Positions 39,457 to 50,800 of a stretch of 64,000 bases of DNA are shown here, one piece after another (within the stretch, counting starts at the first letter, position 1; the number at the start of each line of letters is the position of its first letter). The notes beneath the pieces were generated by a model, which saw only the letters and a program-made list of their open reading frames with translations, did no database searches and had not been told where the DNA came from. Source of the DNA: an uncultured Spirochaetota bacterium (GTDB taxonomy: Bacteria > Spirochaetota > Brevinematia > Brevinematales > JAOACQ01); NCBI GenBank assembly GCA_963783575.1, contig CAWAOD010000011.1, forward strand, positions 256,001 to 320,000, written 5' to 3'. The position numbers and the translations under genes are program-made.

Positions 39457-41298
39457 GTGAACAAGCTTTTAAAAAATTTAAAAATGATGTATAAGATAAT
39501 TTTTCTTGTATTAATTATGGTTTTGTTTCTAATTTCATTAGGCATTTCAATTTTTTATATTTTAAATAATCAGGAAAAAAATATATTAACAATATTCAAT
39601 AATAGAATTAAAAAAGTGGAAATCAGCACAGCCATTCATGAAAATATATTGAATGTTCACACTCACCTGTTCGAGATAATCTGCTGGCAAAATGCCAATT
39701 ATCAGAGTTCACAAATAAAAGAACTGGGCGATGAACAGAGGGTAGCCATCGGTAATACAATCAAGCAGATTGACGATATGATAAAATCCGGCGATTTAAC
39801 GAAAGAAGAAAATACACTCTTTAATGAATCTTTGAATAATATGTCTGAATACAAAGATTGGGCATTTAAAGTTTTAGATATGGCACAGATAGATTTAGCT
39901 ACCGCAACTATGTTTATGAGTACGGCGAATGATAAGTTCACTTTATTAAAAAATACTTTGAGTAAATTGGAGGATCTTGAGGATAAGTTGAGTACTTCAA
40001 ATTATAATTCAACGGTAAGAAATAAAATGTTCGTTTTCATAGCGGTTATGTGTATATTCATTGTTTGTCTTATATTAATATCTGTCTATACCGGAAGAGC
40101 CATAGTAGCGCCGATTAAGGAAGTGATAGCTATCATAAAAGTTATTTCCAAAGGGGATTTTACAAAAAAATTGCATATTCACTCAAAGGATGAAATGGGA
40201 GAACTGGCCGAAGATTTTGAATGGCTTAAAAGTAACCTTAATGATGATCTCTTGAATGTTGAGAAGATTTCAAGAAAACTAAAACAGCTATCGGACAATT
40301 CAGGTTCGATTCTGGAAAAATCGTCTATAAGTATCGATTCAATTCAGTCCAGTACAAAAAGCATTGATATACAAACGGGAAATTCCACATCCGGAATTGA
40401 AGAATTGACGGCCACTCTTGAAGAAATGTCGAGAAATATAGACAGTATTATGAATAATATGGTAAGACAGGCATCGGCAGTCGAGGAGGGGGCGAGCCCA
40501 ATTGAAGAGATGGTTAGAAATATAGAAAATACAACGACAATGTCAAAAAAAACCTATGAAATATCAAATAATTTAAACAATGTTGCGAATGAGGGCGGTA
40601 ACGCTGTTAAGAATTCAATTCAATCGATAAAAGATGTAGCGGAATATTCTCAGCAAATATTGAAATTGCTTGGTTTGATTACTAATATTGCCAAACAGAC
40701 AAACCTGCTTGCCATGAATGCGGCAATAGAAGCGGCTCATGCGGGAGAGGCAGGTAAAGGATTTGCTATTGTCGCCGACGAAATAAGAAGGCTTTCCGAG
40801 GATACTAATAAAAATGCGAAAGATATTGGAGATGTTGTAAGCACAATTGTTTCAAGGATTGAAGATTCTGTTAAGCTTGCAGAAAAAGCTGGAGTGGGTC
40901 TTGATATGATTACTATGTACTCCCAACAGAATGTCCAGATAATTAATCAATTGAATGTTGCGATGGCCGAACAGAATAATGGTGCCAAGGAAATTTTAAA
41001 AGCGACTCAGGATCTTGTGAAGATTACCGAAGAAGTTAAAGTGTCAATGACAGAACAAAAAGGTGCCACCGATGATTTTGGGGATGCGCTTAAAAATCTG
41101 AGGGATCTGTCACTAGAAAACAAGAATAATATTAAAAAATTTATTGAAGATCTCAGGCAATTAATCAATTATGTCAATGAAATGAAAAAGATAATCGATG
41201 AAAATCAAAACCAGGCGAATTCGCTTCATAATCTTGTTGCGAAATTTGTTCTTGAAAACAAAGGAGAGGAAAAAACAGGATTGAAACTTGTTGAATGA
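39457..41298 (+). CDS. Methyl-accepting chemotaxis protein (four-helix-bundle-type sensor)
   Basis: Two TMs, HAMP domain, [36 protein letters not shown]. Confidence 0.93.
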   Translation: MNKLLKNLKMMYKIIFLVLIMVLFLISLGISIFYILNNQEKNILTIFNNRIKKVEISTAIHENILNVHTHLFEIICWQNANYQSSQIKELGDEQRVAIGNTIKQIDDMIKSGDLTKEENTLFNESLNNMSEYKDWAFKVLDMAQIDLATATMFMSTANDKFTLLKNTLSKLEDLEDKLSTSNYNSTVRNKMFVFIAVMCIFIVCLILISVYTGRAIVAPIKEVIAIIKVISKGDFTKKLHIHSKDEMGELAEDFEWLKSNLNDDLLNVEKISRKLKQLSDNSGSILEKSSISIDSIQSSTKSIDIQTGNSTSGIEELTATLEEMSRNIDSIMNNMVRQASAVEEGASPIEEMVRNIENTTTMSKKTYEISNNLNNVANEGGNAVKNSIQSIKDVAEYSQQILKLLGLITNIAKQTNLLAMNAAIEAAHAGEAGKGFAIVADEIRRLSEDTNKNAKDIGDVVSTIVSRIEDSVKLAEKAGVGLDMITMYSQQNVQIINQLNVAMAEQNNGAKEILKATQDLVKITEEVKVSMTEQKGATDDFGDALKNLRDLSLENKNNIKKFIEDLRQLINYVNEMKKIIDENQNQANSLHNLVAKFVLENKGEEKTGLKLVE

Positions 41299-41312
41299 GT
41301 TTGGGGGAATTT

Positions 41313-43517
41313 ATGCTGAAGAATATAAAGCTGAAAACAAAAATGCTTATCGGGATAGGGTTGATATCTTTAATCGGGCTTAGTGGTGTGGGGTTAACCA
41401 CATACTTTATAGCGGATAATACAATAAGTGATTTTGTTAAAAAAGATTTAAGCAATAAATTAAGCATGGCATATTCATACGTAGATACCACTCTGAATTC
41501 GGAAGTAAGATCATATTTAAAAACAAGAGCTGATGATACAAAGCTTATTGTTGAAAATTATTACAATTTATATAATACAAGAAAAATGAAAGAAAATGAT
41601 GCGCTTGATAAAATCAAGAATCTTGTTCTTGATGAGAATTTTGGAAAAATAGGCGATACCGGATACATTGCTGTGGCGTCATCAAAAAGTATTGTAATAT
41701 TTCACCCTAAAATTCCTGCCGGCACCGATCTCAGTAAGAATGATATTATTAATAAAGGATCACAGATTAAGAATGGATATTTTGAGTATCCCTGGAAGAA
41801 TCCGGATGAAAATCAGGAAAGAATGAAGGCTGTCGCCCTTTCCTATTTTGAACCTTGGGATATGGTGATCTGGTGTACTTCATATATTTCTGAATTTGTA
41901 AGCTGGCTTGATTTTGATAAGCTAAGCAAAGAAATATTGGATATAAAAATCGGAAAAACCGGATATGCCTATATTATTAATTCAAGAGGCGATCTTATAA
42001 TCCATCCGTCTATGGCCGGGCAAAATATTTACAATTCAAAAGATGAAAAAGGCAGATTTTTCATTCAGGAAATTTGTTCAAAAAAGAACGGGCAGATAAT
42101 TTATCCCTGGAAAAATCCGGATGATAAAAAAGCCAGAGATAAAATAGTGTTTTATAAATATTATAAAGATTTGGATTGGATAATTGCAGTCGGTTCATAT
42201 CTTGATGAATTTTACGCTCCTATGATGCAGCTTGGAATTTATTCAATTGCCATCATAATGATAACCTTAATTATTATTTTGATTATTAGTTACCAATTAT
42301 CAAATTATTTTATAAAGGGGCTTTTGGTTATAAAGAATAAATTGATGAATATTGCATCGGATTCCGAGATAGCGGATTTAACAAAACGAATTAATATTAA
42401 TATAAACGATGAAATCGGAGATATCGGTTTTGTTGTTAACAGCATTTTACAAAAACTGAATAATAGTATTTATGAAGTAGATTCTGCTTCAAAAATAATT
42501 AAAGTTTCAGCCGACAGTTCAAAGGAGATTATTGATAAAAGCTCAAATAACTTTGGGCAGATAAAAGCAAACATCCAGAAAATTGAAAATCAAACTGAAA
42601 ATTCGGCTTCGGGTATAGAACAATTATCTGCTGCGCTTGAGGAGATGGACAGAAATATTGAGAGTATTTTGGACTTTATGGTGCTGCAGGCCTCTTCGGT
42701 TGAAGAAGGAGCGAGTTCAATAGAGGAAATGGTAAGGAATATCGATAATACGGCATCAATGTCGGTAAAGACTCATGAGATTTCAAATAATCTGAATAAT
42801 GTTGCTCAAGAAGGCGGGATAGCAGTAAAAGATTCCATAAAATCTGTCAAAGAAGTTGCCGAATATTCCCAGCAAATTTTAAAACTGTTAAGTTTGATCA
42901 CAAATATCGCTAAACAGACAAATCTGCTGGCAATGAATGCGGCTATAGAAGCAGCCCATGCAGGCGAAGCGGGAAAAGGTTTTGCGATTGTAGCCGATGA
43001 AATCAGGAGGCTTTCCGAAGATACCAATAAAAATGCGAAGGATATTGGAGATGTCGTTGGAACAATTGTCACCCGGATTGATGATTCTGTAAAACTATCT
43101 GAAAAAACCGGTATCGCGCTTGAGACTATTATGAATTATTCCCGGCAGAATGTTCAGATAATTAACCAGCTTAATGTAGCTATGGTCGAGCAAAATAATG
43201 GAGCCAAAGAAATACTTAAAGCCACTCAGGAACTTGTAAGAATAACGGAAGAAGTTAAAACTTCTATGACTGAGCAAAAAAAAGCTACCAAGGAATTTAA
43301 CCAAACTTTGCATGATCTTCGAAACTTATCCCTGGAAAACAAAGATAATATCATCGATCATATAAAAAATATTACTGAATTGATAGTATTTCAGGATAAT
43401 ATATTGAAAATTATAAATGAAAATCAGAACCAGGCAACTAATCTGCAGAACCTTGTTAATAAATTTATCGTAAATGAAACAAAAAGAGAAAATACCGGAC
43501 TGAAACTGGTTGAATGA
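41313..43517 (+). CDS. Methyl-accepting chemotaxis protein with Cache sensor domains
   Basis: Two IG.TGY...HP...YPWKNP Cache repeats and the MCP signalling motif. Confidence 0.93.
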   Translation: MLKNIKLKTKMLIGIGLISLIGLSGVGLTTYFIADNTISDFVKKDLSNKLSMAYSYVDTTLNSEVRSYLKTRADDTKLIVENYYNLYNTRKMKENDALDKIKNLVLDENFGKIGDTGYIAVASSKSIVIFHPKIPAGTDLSKNDIINKGSQIKNGYFEYPWKNPDENQERMKAVALSYFEPWDMVIWCTSYISEFVSWLDFDKLSKEILDIKIGKTGYAYIINSRGDLIIHPSMAGQNIYNSKDEKGRFFIQEICSKKNGQIIYPWKNPDDKKARDKIVFYKYYKDLDWIIAVGSYLDEFYAPMMQLGIYSIAIIMITLIIILIISYQLSNYFIKGLLVIKNKLMNIASDSEIADLTKRINININDEIGDIGFVVNSILQKLNNSIYEVDSASKIIKVSADSSKEIIDKSSNNFGQIKANIQKIENQTENSASGIEQLSAALEEMDRNIESILDFMVLQASSVEEGASSIEEMVRNIDNTASMSVKTHEISNNLNNVAQEGGIAVKDSIKSVKEVAEYSQQILKLLSLITNIAKQTNLLAMNAAIEAAHAGEAGKGFAIVADEIRRLSEDTNKNAKDIGDVVGTIVTRIDDSVKLSEKTGIALETIMNYSRQNVQIINQLNVAMVEQNNGAKEILKATQELVRITEEVKTSMTEQKKATKEFNQTLHDLRNLSLENKDNIIDHIKNITELIVFQDNILKIINENQNQATNLQNLVNKFIVNETKRENTGLKLVE

Positions 43518-43660
43518 TTATAAAGATTCTGTAAATCTCAAATTTAAATAAAATCCATTCAAATATTTCATATTCACTTGACATTATGAGACAGAACTTA
43601 TTATTTTAAAATAATATTTATTCATAGTTTAAAAAACGAAAATTATTTAAGGAGGAATTT

Positions 43661-44827
43661 ATGTTATATTGCAAATTTCTCGGAAATATCCTGAGAATTT
43701 GCGCGGTTTTAATCTTTGGAGCTGCAATAGCTTCTTATGCGGCTGAAATGCAAAATAATTCCGGTAAGTTTTATTTCGTTCAGTTTTCGGACACTCACTG
43801 GGGCTTTAATGACCCAAAAATAAACCCTGATTTTTCCAATACTCTGCAAAAAGCTATAGCGGAAGTTAATGATCTGGAAATTCAACCGGATTTTATTGTC
43901 TTTACAGGAGACCTGACACATACGACGGATGATCCCCAGATCCGGAGGCAGAGGATGATGGAATTCAAAACCATAATAAGCGGATTTAAAGTGACAAATA
44001 TCATGTTTCTGCCGGGAGAACATTACGCCAGCCTTGACAACGGACAAGCCTATAAGGAAATCTTTGGCGATACATATTATGCATTTGATTATAAGGGTAT
44101 TCATTTTGTTGCACTTGATAATGTTTCCGATCCTGCTGCAAATATAGGTGAAATCCAATTACAGTGGTTGAGCAATGTTTTGCTAAAGTTTGATAAAGAT
44201 TCCCAGATTATCGTTTTCACGCACAGGCCTCTGTTTCCACTTTACCCGCAATGGGAATGGTGGACTCAGGACGGTCAGAAAGCGCTTGATCTACTAGCTC
44301 CTTTCAATAATGTAACTGTTTTTTACGGGCATATTCACCAGAATAACCAAGCAATAACCGGGAAAATTAAGCATTATGCCGCACCTGGTTTAATGTATCC
44401 TTTACCTGCACCCGGTTCGGTTCCGAAGCGCGCTCCTGTACCCTGGGATCCGGAAGACCCTTATAAAGGCCTGGGATTCAGAACAGTTGAGGTTAATACG
44501 CTAAAACCGGGAAACATAATTAAGGAATATACCATTACGGCAATGCAGTCCGATCAGGTAATAAAGATTTCAGCGAAGAAATTCGAATTTTCTCCTAATG
44601 AGGTACACCTTAAAAAAGGTGTACCGGTTATACTTGAATTGACTTCACTGGATCGTCTGCATGGTATTTTCTGTCAGGAACTTAATATCAATGCCAAAAT
44701 CGAACCTGGTAAAATAACACGAGTTAAGTTAGTTCCATCAAAGACCGGGACTTTTGATTTTCACTGTAGCGTATACTGCGGTGAGGGGCACGATGACATG
44801 ACCGGAAAGTTTATTGTTGAAGAATAG
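43661..44827 (+). CDS. Exported metallophosphoesterase fused to a C-terminal CuA-type cupredoxin
   Basis: SDTH, TGDL, GEH, FTH, GHIH; C-terminal HG...CSVYCGEGHDDM. Confidence 0.85.
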   Translation: MLYCKFLGNILRICAVLIFGAAIASYAAEMQNNSGKFYFVQFSDTHWGFNDPKINPDFSNTLQKAIAEVNDLEIQPDFIVFTGDLTHTTDDPQIRRQRMMEFKTIISGFKVTNIMFLPGEHYASLDNGQAYKEIFGDTYYAFDYKGIHFVALDNVSDPAANIGEIQLQWLSNVLLKFDKDSQIIVFTHRPLFPLYPQWEWWTQDGQKALDLLAPFNNVTVFYGHIHQNNQAITGKIKHYAAPGLMYPLPAPGSVPKRAPVPWDPEDPYKGLGFRTVEVNTLKPGNIIKEYTITAMQSDQVIKISAKKFEFSPNEVHLKKGVPVILELTSLDRLHGIFCQELNINAKIEPGKITRVKLVPSKTGTFDFHCSVYCGEGHDDMTGKFIVEE

Positions 44828-44840
44828 CAGAAATTATTAT

Positions 44841-44879
44841 TCAGCATCCTCGAGACAAAGTTTCGAGGATGCTGAGTTT
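44841..44879 (+). terminator. Rho-independent terminator
   Basis: TCAGCATCCTCGAGAC-AAA-GTTTCGAGGATGCTGA followed by GTTTT. Confidence 0.75.
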
Positions 44880-45003
44880 TATTCCGGTTTTGCTTTTTAT
44901 TAATTATAGATTTACCGATTTCTTAGAATTGACAATCTTCTTTTTATAAATTAAGATATATCTGAACTTTAAGCATAAGAATTGATCAATCAGGAACTTC
45001 GTT

Positions 45004-46401
45004 ATGAATCCACCCAAAAAATCCAGACTTTTATCCAGTTTCGATTTATTATTGGTAATAATTATAATCATTTCGATTATAATATGTTATGCAGGCTTAA
45101 ATATGATTTATAACATCGAGGAAGTGGACGATGCCTGGACATTATCGTTTATTTATAATGCTTTTGTGCGGCATATACCGCCTGAATCGACTTTCGGCGG
45201 TGGTCTGGCAAACCTGAAGTTCTTCGGTTTGACGCAGGCTTATATCTATTCGTTTATTTTGAACATTCTGGGCTGGACAAAATCAAATTCCCACCTTGTT
45301 TCAATGTTTTTTATGATGCTGTCGGCGATAACCTGGTACGGTATTTTATGTAAATTGAAATTTTCAAAAAAGCTGGCAATTTTTTTCAGTCTTTTAATAT
45401 TATGGTGCGAGCCGTTTTTCCGCGAGGTTGTACTTGCAAGGCCTGAATCTTTGACATTTTTTCTTATAAGCGCAGGATTCTTTCTGTTTATTTCCGGGAG
45501 GTATTTTTTTTCCGGTTTAATTGCAATGATTGCCCTGGAAAATCATCCTATGGGCATAATGTTTTTTGTTTACATAGCGGCTTTTATTATTGTAAATTGG
45601 AATACCTTTTGGGGGAGAAGATATTTAATTAAAATTATAATGTTTTTTATTTCCGGTGTCATAATTGGTTCCATATATTATTTTTTACTTCATTACAAAA
45701 ATATCGGCGGTATAACCGGCAATATCCGGGAAGGAGCAGGGGGATTTCTCAACACTGTTTTATACCAGTATTTTTTTATTGTGGCAAAGTATAAAAGACA
45801 CCTCGCGGATTTTATTTTTTTCATAATAAGTCTGGGTATTTTTATATGGCGGGGTTATTATAAGCAGAACAGGTTTATTTTGATTTTTTTATTAATTATA
45901 TTAGCGGCAAATTTTTTGAATCCCAGGACGAACTTTCATTATACTTTATATTTTTACCCGGCTTTTATACTTCTTTCGCTTTTTACTTTTGAAAAAACGG
46001 CTGAAGTTGAATGGGCCGTGAGTATTTTGTTTTTAATGTTTCTTGCTTATAATGCTACTATTTTCTACCGGAGATATTATTATAATTTTGATAATTATAT
46101 TTCAGAAATACGTAAAGCAGTTCCCGATGACAGACTACCTGTGGTCGGCGGGCCGAATGAGTGGTATGCCTTCAAAGACAGGGAATTTTATGCGGGGGTT
46201 TATACTTTTTCTTTTAACACTAATTCGCGGGAATTTTATTTAATTGAAGGAAATTTATTCAGGAACGGTTTTCCGGGTATAAAAACTGCGGAAATGTTTA
46301 AAGATTATATAAGCAATAATTATTCCGGGAAATTGATAAAATCTCTTGAGATCAACCGGGAAAAATATGATATCCAATTGATGTCAAAAATAAATCCGTA
46401 A
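45004..46401 (+). CDS. ArnT/PMT-like (GT-C) membrane glycosyltransferase, putative
   Basis: Acidic DD in the first loop (VDDAW), ARPE, HP motif, many TMs. Confidence 0.6.
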   Translation: MNPPKKSRLLSSFDLLLVIIIIISIIICYAGLNMIYNIEEVDDAWTLSFIYNAFVRHIPPESTFGGGLANLKFFGLTQAYIYSFILNILGWTKSNSHLVSMFFMMLSAITWYGILCKLKFSKKLAIFFSLLILWCEPFFREVVLARPESLTFFLISAGFFLFISGRYFFSGLIAMIALENHPMGIMFFVYIAAFIIVNWNTFWGRRYLIKIIMFFISGVIIGSIYYFLLHYKNIGGITGNIREGAGGFLNTVLYQYFFIVAKYKRHLADFIFFIISLGIFIWRGYYKQNRFILIFLLIILAANFLNPRTNFHYTLYFYPAFILLSLFTFEKTAEVEWAVSILFLMFLAYNATIFYRRYYYNFDNYISEIRKAVPDDRLPVVGGPNEWYAFKDREFYAGVYTFSFNTNSREFYLIEGNLFRNGFPGIKTAEMFKDYISNNYSGKLIKSLEINREKYDIQLMSKINP

Positions 46402-46439
46402 AATCATAAAGTAAATACAGTGGAATGGATGAGCCGCAA

Positions 46440-47576
46440 ATGCAGTTAAATAAAGGATATCTGTACCAAAATAAAATTAAGCTTTTTTTTATTATAATTC
46501 TGGATCATATATTATCGATATTTCCTAAAAAAAACAGAGAGTTTCCTGATCAAATTCATAAAATTCTGATAATCAAACCCGATCATCTGGGTGATATGCT
46601 GAATTTAACATCGGTTTTTCCTCTGATCGGGAAAAAGTTTCCGGGTATCCCGGTTGATATAGTTGCCAATAAATGGAGCATTTCGATTCTTGAAAATAAT
46701 CCTTACGTTCGTAATAAATACTGTGTCAACCACTGGAGGATGAACCGCGAAAAGAATATTCTATTTATGAAAATAATCGAATATATAACAACTTTTTTTC
46801 AAACACTTCAAAAAATAAAAAAAGAATCGTATGATTTATGCCTTGTTATGCGGGCTTACGGAAATAACCTTATAGGCCTTGCAAAATTAGGGAATTGCCG
46901 TTATATTATAGGGCATAAAACCGGGGGTTTCGGTCATTGGCTTGACGATACTGCCGATTGGAAACCTGGTTTACATGAAGTCCAGCACTTCCTTGAAGTT
47001 CTTTCAAAGGCTGGAATTAATTCTGATTTAAAAGATTTGCATCAGGAAATTTATCCTTCGAAAGATTCCGTAACTTTTGTTGATAAAATCCAGAACGAAT
47101 ATTTTTCTTTAAGCGATAAAATTGCGGTAGTGCATCCGGGAGCAGGAGATATTAGAAAATCACTGTCTGTTGAAAACTGGAAATTTATTGTAGAATGTAT
47201 TGAAAAACTTGGTTACAGAACCGCGATAACAGGAATAAAAGCTGAAAAGGGTTTGTGTGTGAGTATTTCATCAGGTTATTCCATAAATTTATGCGGTAAA
47301 TTTAATATACCGGAATTGGCTCAGTTTTACCGAAAAGCTAGTTTGATCATTACTGTGGATACTTTGTCAGCCCATCTTGGCGGCTGGAGCGGCGTTAAAA
47401 CGATCGTTTTTTATAGCGGCATCAATGACAGCAAACAATGGCGCCCTCTGGGCGGTAATATTAAAATTATTGAAAAAAATTGTATTAAAATTCCTTGCTT
47501 TAAAGGTTGTAAAAACAATGAGTGCATGGATTACGATTTTCCCCAACTGGAGAATTTAATAAGAGAGAATATATGA
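46440..47576 (+). CDS. Glycosyltransferase family 9 (heptosyltransferase)
   Basis: DHLGD, VHPGAG, VDT..AHL, WRPLG. Confidence 0.9.
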   Translation: MQLNKGYLYQNKIKLFFIIILDHILSIFPKKNREFPDQIHKILIIKPDHLGDMLNLTSVFPLIGKKFPGIPVDIVANKWSISILENNPYVRNKYCVNHWRMNREKNILFMKIIEYITTFFQTLQKIKKESYDLCLVMRAYGNNLIGLAKLGNCRYIIGHKTGGFGHWLDDTADWKPGLHEVQHFLEVLSKAGINSDLKDLHQEIYPSKDSVTFVDKIQNEYFSLSDKIAVVHPGAGDIRKSLSVENWKFIVECIEKLGYRTAITGIKAEKGLCVSISSGYSINLCGKFNIPELAQFYRKASLIITVDTLSAHLGGWSGVKTIVFYSGINDSKQWRPLGGNIKIIEKNCIKIPCFKGCKNNECMDYDFPQLENLIRENI

Positions 47577-48994
47577 AGCTGAATTTTACCGGTGCATCCG
47601 TTTTAGTTGTCGGAGATATTATACTTGACCAGTATTATTATGGTAATGTAAGCAGAATATCGCCTGAAGCGCCTGTTCCAGTTGTTAAAATTGTAAGATC
47701 GGCCTGGAACCTTGGCGGGGCAGGTTACGTTGCAAACAATATAGCTCATCTGAAATCCCGATGTTTTTTGATTGGACTTGCCGGAAATGATGATAACAGG
47801 AGGATTCTGGAAAATCTTTTGAAACATGAAGAAATCAATTATGAAATTATTGAGGCTTTATATCCTACCACTACAAAAGTCAGGGTAATCGGGGAGCGCC
47901 AGCAGATGATAAGGCTTGATTTCGAGAAAACGCCAGGTCAGATTCCTCAGACAGATGAAGCAATGATGGATTTGGTGAAAGTAAAAATTGCTAAATATAT
48001 TAATGATGCCAATGTAATAATCATTTCAGATTACGGAAAAGGTTTTTTTACACCTGATTTATGCAGATACTTAATCAATATTGCGAATAGGGATAATAAA
48101 ATCACTATTGTCGATCCAAAGGGGAGCAACTGGGATAAGTACAAAAATGCGACAGTAATAACGCCTAATGTGAAAGAATTGTCGGAAGCCGCCGGAAGGC
48201 TCGTTCAAAATATTGATACGGAAGTTGAGAAATCCGGCATTGAATTACTAAATAAGTATAATTTTAAAAATATACTTGTTACACGATCAGACAAGGGGAT
48301 GAGTTTTATTAATACAAGTGAAACCCATCATATTCCAACGGATGCCATTGAGGTTTTTGATGTTTCGGGAGCCGGGGATACGGTTGTCGCCGCATTGGCA
48401 GTTTGCGTCTCAATAGGAATGAACTGGATAGAATCAGTTAAAATCGCAAATCGTGCAGCCGGAATTGTTGTAAGTAAATCCGGTACCGTCCCCATTAATA
48501 TTAATGAACTGGAAGATTCTTTTGTGGAAAAGGAGAATGCAAAAATTCTTAATCTGGAACTACTGCATAATAAATTGGTATATCTCAGAAAAATGGATAA
48601 AAAGATTGTATTTACAAACGGCTGTTTCGATATTCTTCACAGGGGGCATATTAATTATCTGAGGAAGGCAAAAGATCTGGGAGATATATTAATAATAGGC
48701 CTGAACAGCGATCAATCTGTCAGGCGGTTGAAGGGAGAAAAAAGACCTTTTAATAAACTGGAGGATAGGGCGGAAATATTGTCATGTCTGGAATTTGTTG
48801 ATTTTGTAACTGTTTTCGATGAAGATACGCCTTATAACCTTATTAAATCTGTCAGACCTGATATTCTGGTTAAAGGCGGAGACTACAAAGCGGAAGAAGT
48901 TGTAGGCAGGGAGTTTGCCAGTGAAACGGTAATCCTTCCATTTTTAGAGGGTTATTCGACAACTGATATTATTAGAAAAAAGGAATCAGAATGA
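47573..48994 (+). CDS. hldE: Bifunctional heptose 7-phosphate kinase / heptose 1-phosphate adenylyltransferase
   Basis: RISPEAPVPV, DVSGAGDTV, FTNGCFDILHRGH, KGGDY. Confidence 0.95.
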   Translation: MKLNFTGASVLVVGDIILDQYYYGNVSRISPEAPVPVVKIVRSAWNLGGAGYVANNIAHLKSRCFLIGLAGNDDNRRILENLLKHEEINYEIIEALYPTTTKVRVIGERQQMIRLDFEKTPGQIPQTDEAMMDLVKVKIAKYINDANVIIISDYGKGFFTPDLCRYLINIANRDNKITIVDPKGSNWDKYKNATVITPNVKELSEAAGRLVQNIDTEVEKSGIELLNKYNFKNILVTRSDKGMSFINTSETHHIPTDAIEVFDVSGAGDTVVAALAVCVSIGMNWIESVKIANRAAGIVVSKSGTVPININELEDSFVEKENAKILNLELLHNKLVYLRKMDKKIVFTNGCFDILHRGHINYLRKAKDLGDILIIGLNSDQSVRRLKGEKRPFNKLEDRAEILSCLEFVDFVTVFDEDTPYNLIKSVRPDILVKGGDYKAEEVVGREFASETVILPFLEGYSTTDIIRKKESE

Positions 48995-49299
48995 GGGAAA
49001 TCCGGCTTCTGCCGCGAGAAAAAAAAATAATTATTGATTCTGCAATTGAATGTTTTAATGAACATACTTCGGTATATTTGTTCGGATCTAAAACGGACAT
49101 AAATAAAAAAGGTGGGGATATCGATATTCTGGTTCTTACCGATGATTTACCTGACAGAAAAAAGATTAGATTGTTTAAAATATTATTACTTGATAAACTT
49201 GGAGAGAGGAAAATCGATGTTGTTTCAGCAACTAAAAACAGCGTAGATAATTTTGTTAATCTAATTAAAGAAGAAGGAATTTGTTTATGGGAATACTGA
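48991..49299 (+). CDS. Minimal nucleotidyltransferase (MNT/MntA-like antitoxin)
   Basis: VYLFGS...GGDIDILV, KIDVV. Confidence 0.88.
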   Translation: MREIRLLPREKKIIIDSAIECFNEHTSVYLFGSKTDINKKGGDIDILVLTDDLPDRKKIRLFKILLLDKLGERKIDVVSATKNSVDNFVNLIKEEGICLWEY

Positions 49300-49772
49300 A
49301 TAAAAGATATCAATACAGGGATTTGTTAATAGAACAGGTTAATCTTCTGGAAAAATCATCTCAAAAGCTGAATTATTCTTATCAAAAGGCTTTATCATTC
49401 TTCAATAAATCAGATCAAAATTTCTCTGAGGACGAACTGGAGACATTCGAATCTTTATGCGGACGTTTTGCGCGGTCTTCGGATTTAATAATACAAAAAG
49501 TTTTCCGTTTAATAGACATGGTAAATCTGGAAGAACAGGATTTTTCAATAATTGACCGGATAGAATGAGCTGAAAAGAACGGACTTATTGATTCTTCTAT
49601 AAATTTTAAGAATATCAGGGAATTGAGGAATGAAATAGTGCATGAATATAAAATGGAAAAATATATGGACATATTTAAAGACGTTGTGGAATATACTCCA
49701 ATCCTTCTGCAGGGAATAAAAAACGCTATTTATTATATTGAAATAAATTATAAAAATAAAACGGAGAAATAA
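49287..49772 (+). pseudogene. HEPN toxin (HepT-like) interrupted by an in-frame TGA at 49566-49568
   Basis: Read-through gives DRIE*AEKNGLID...IRELRNEIVHEY...KTEK, then a stop abutting the hldD ATG. The RX4HXY motif lies downstream of the internal stop. Confidence 0.85.
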
Positions 49773-50720
49773 ATGATCATAGTAACCGGCGGAGCCGGAT
49801 TTATTGGAAGCAATCTCGTAAAAGCATTGAATGAAAGAAGCATTAATGATATATTGATTGTGGACAATCTTGAAAAAAGCGGAAAGCATAAAAATCTAAA
49901 TACTCTCGAATTTACCGATTATTGCGACAAAAGGGATTTCTTCAATAAAATTGAAAATTTAAAAGGCCTTAAAATAGAAGCGGTTTTTCACCAGGGGGCC
50001 TGTTCCGATACCATGGAAACAAACGGCCGTTATATGATGGAAAATAATTATGAATTCAGCAAGCTTCTGCTGGAATTCTGTATCAGGAATAATTCAAGGT
50101 TCATTTATGCCTCTTCGGCTTCGGTTTATGGAGACGGGAAAAAAGGATTTAAGGAAAGCAGGAACTTCGAATATCCGTTAAATATTTATGCTTACTCAAA
50201 GTTTCTCTTTGACCAGTATGTCCGCAAACTATTACATAATAGTCCTATTCAAATAGCCGGGTTAAGGTATTTTAATGTATACGGCTCTCAGGAGACTCAC
50301 AAGGGCAGGATGGCTTCAACCGTTTTTCAGTTCCATAATCAGATATTAAAGGATGGTATTATAAGATTATTCGAAGGCAGTGAGAATTTCAAACGGGATT
50401 TTATTTTTGTCCAGGATGTAGTTGATGTTAATCTATATTTTTTTGGCCATCCTGAAAAGTCGGGAATATTCAATTGCGGTACCGGCAGGGCTGAAAGCTT
50501 TTTAAAAATCGCAGAAACTATGAAAGGCCTGTATAAAAAAAATGTTCAAATCCAATTTGTTCCCTTCCCGGAAGAACTGGAAGGGAAATACCAGGCTTTT
50601 ACAGAAGCGGATTTAAGCAATCTCCGTCAGGCAGGCTTTGTGAAGGATTTTACTTCTATGGTAGATGGAATACGGGCTTATGTTAGGGTTTTGAATGAAA
50701 ATGGCGGGTATTTTAAATGA
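49773..50720 (+). CDS. hldD: ADP-L-glycero-D-manno-heptose 6-epimerase
   Basis: TGGAGFIGSN, HQGACSDT, YASSA, PLNIYAYSK, HKGRMAS, YQAFTEAD. Confidence 0.95.
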   Translation: MIIVTGGAGFIGSNLVKALNERSINDILIVDNLEKSGKHKNLNTLEFTDYCDKRDFFNKIENLKGLKIEAVFHQGACSDTMETNGRYMMENNYEFSKLLLEFCIRNNSRFIYASSASVYGDGKKGFKESRNFEYPLNIYAYSKFLFDQYVRKLLHNSPIQIAGLRYFNVYGSQETHKGRMASTVFQFHNQILKDGIIRLFEGSENFKRDFIFVQDVVDVNLYFFGHPEKSGIFNCGTGRAESFLKIAETMKGLYKKNVQIQFVPFPEELEGKYQAFTEADLSNLRQAGFVKDFTSMVDGIRAYVRVLNENGGYFK

Positions 50721-50800
50721 ATTCTATAAGTGGAAACTTACTTCTAATTTTAATGTGTTTCAGTAAGCATTTTTTTCAATTCCATTAAAAATTGCTATTT

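Noticed and set aside
40680..43060. Near-repeated DNA between the two MCP genes as a recombination cassette or diversity system
   Set aside because: Explained by the ordinary high conservation of the MCP signalling domain, with many synonymous differences.
49566..49620. Selenocysteine recoding of the HEPN TGA
   Set aside because: No obvious SECIS-like hairpin after the codon, and the position is not expected to be Cys in HEPN proteins.
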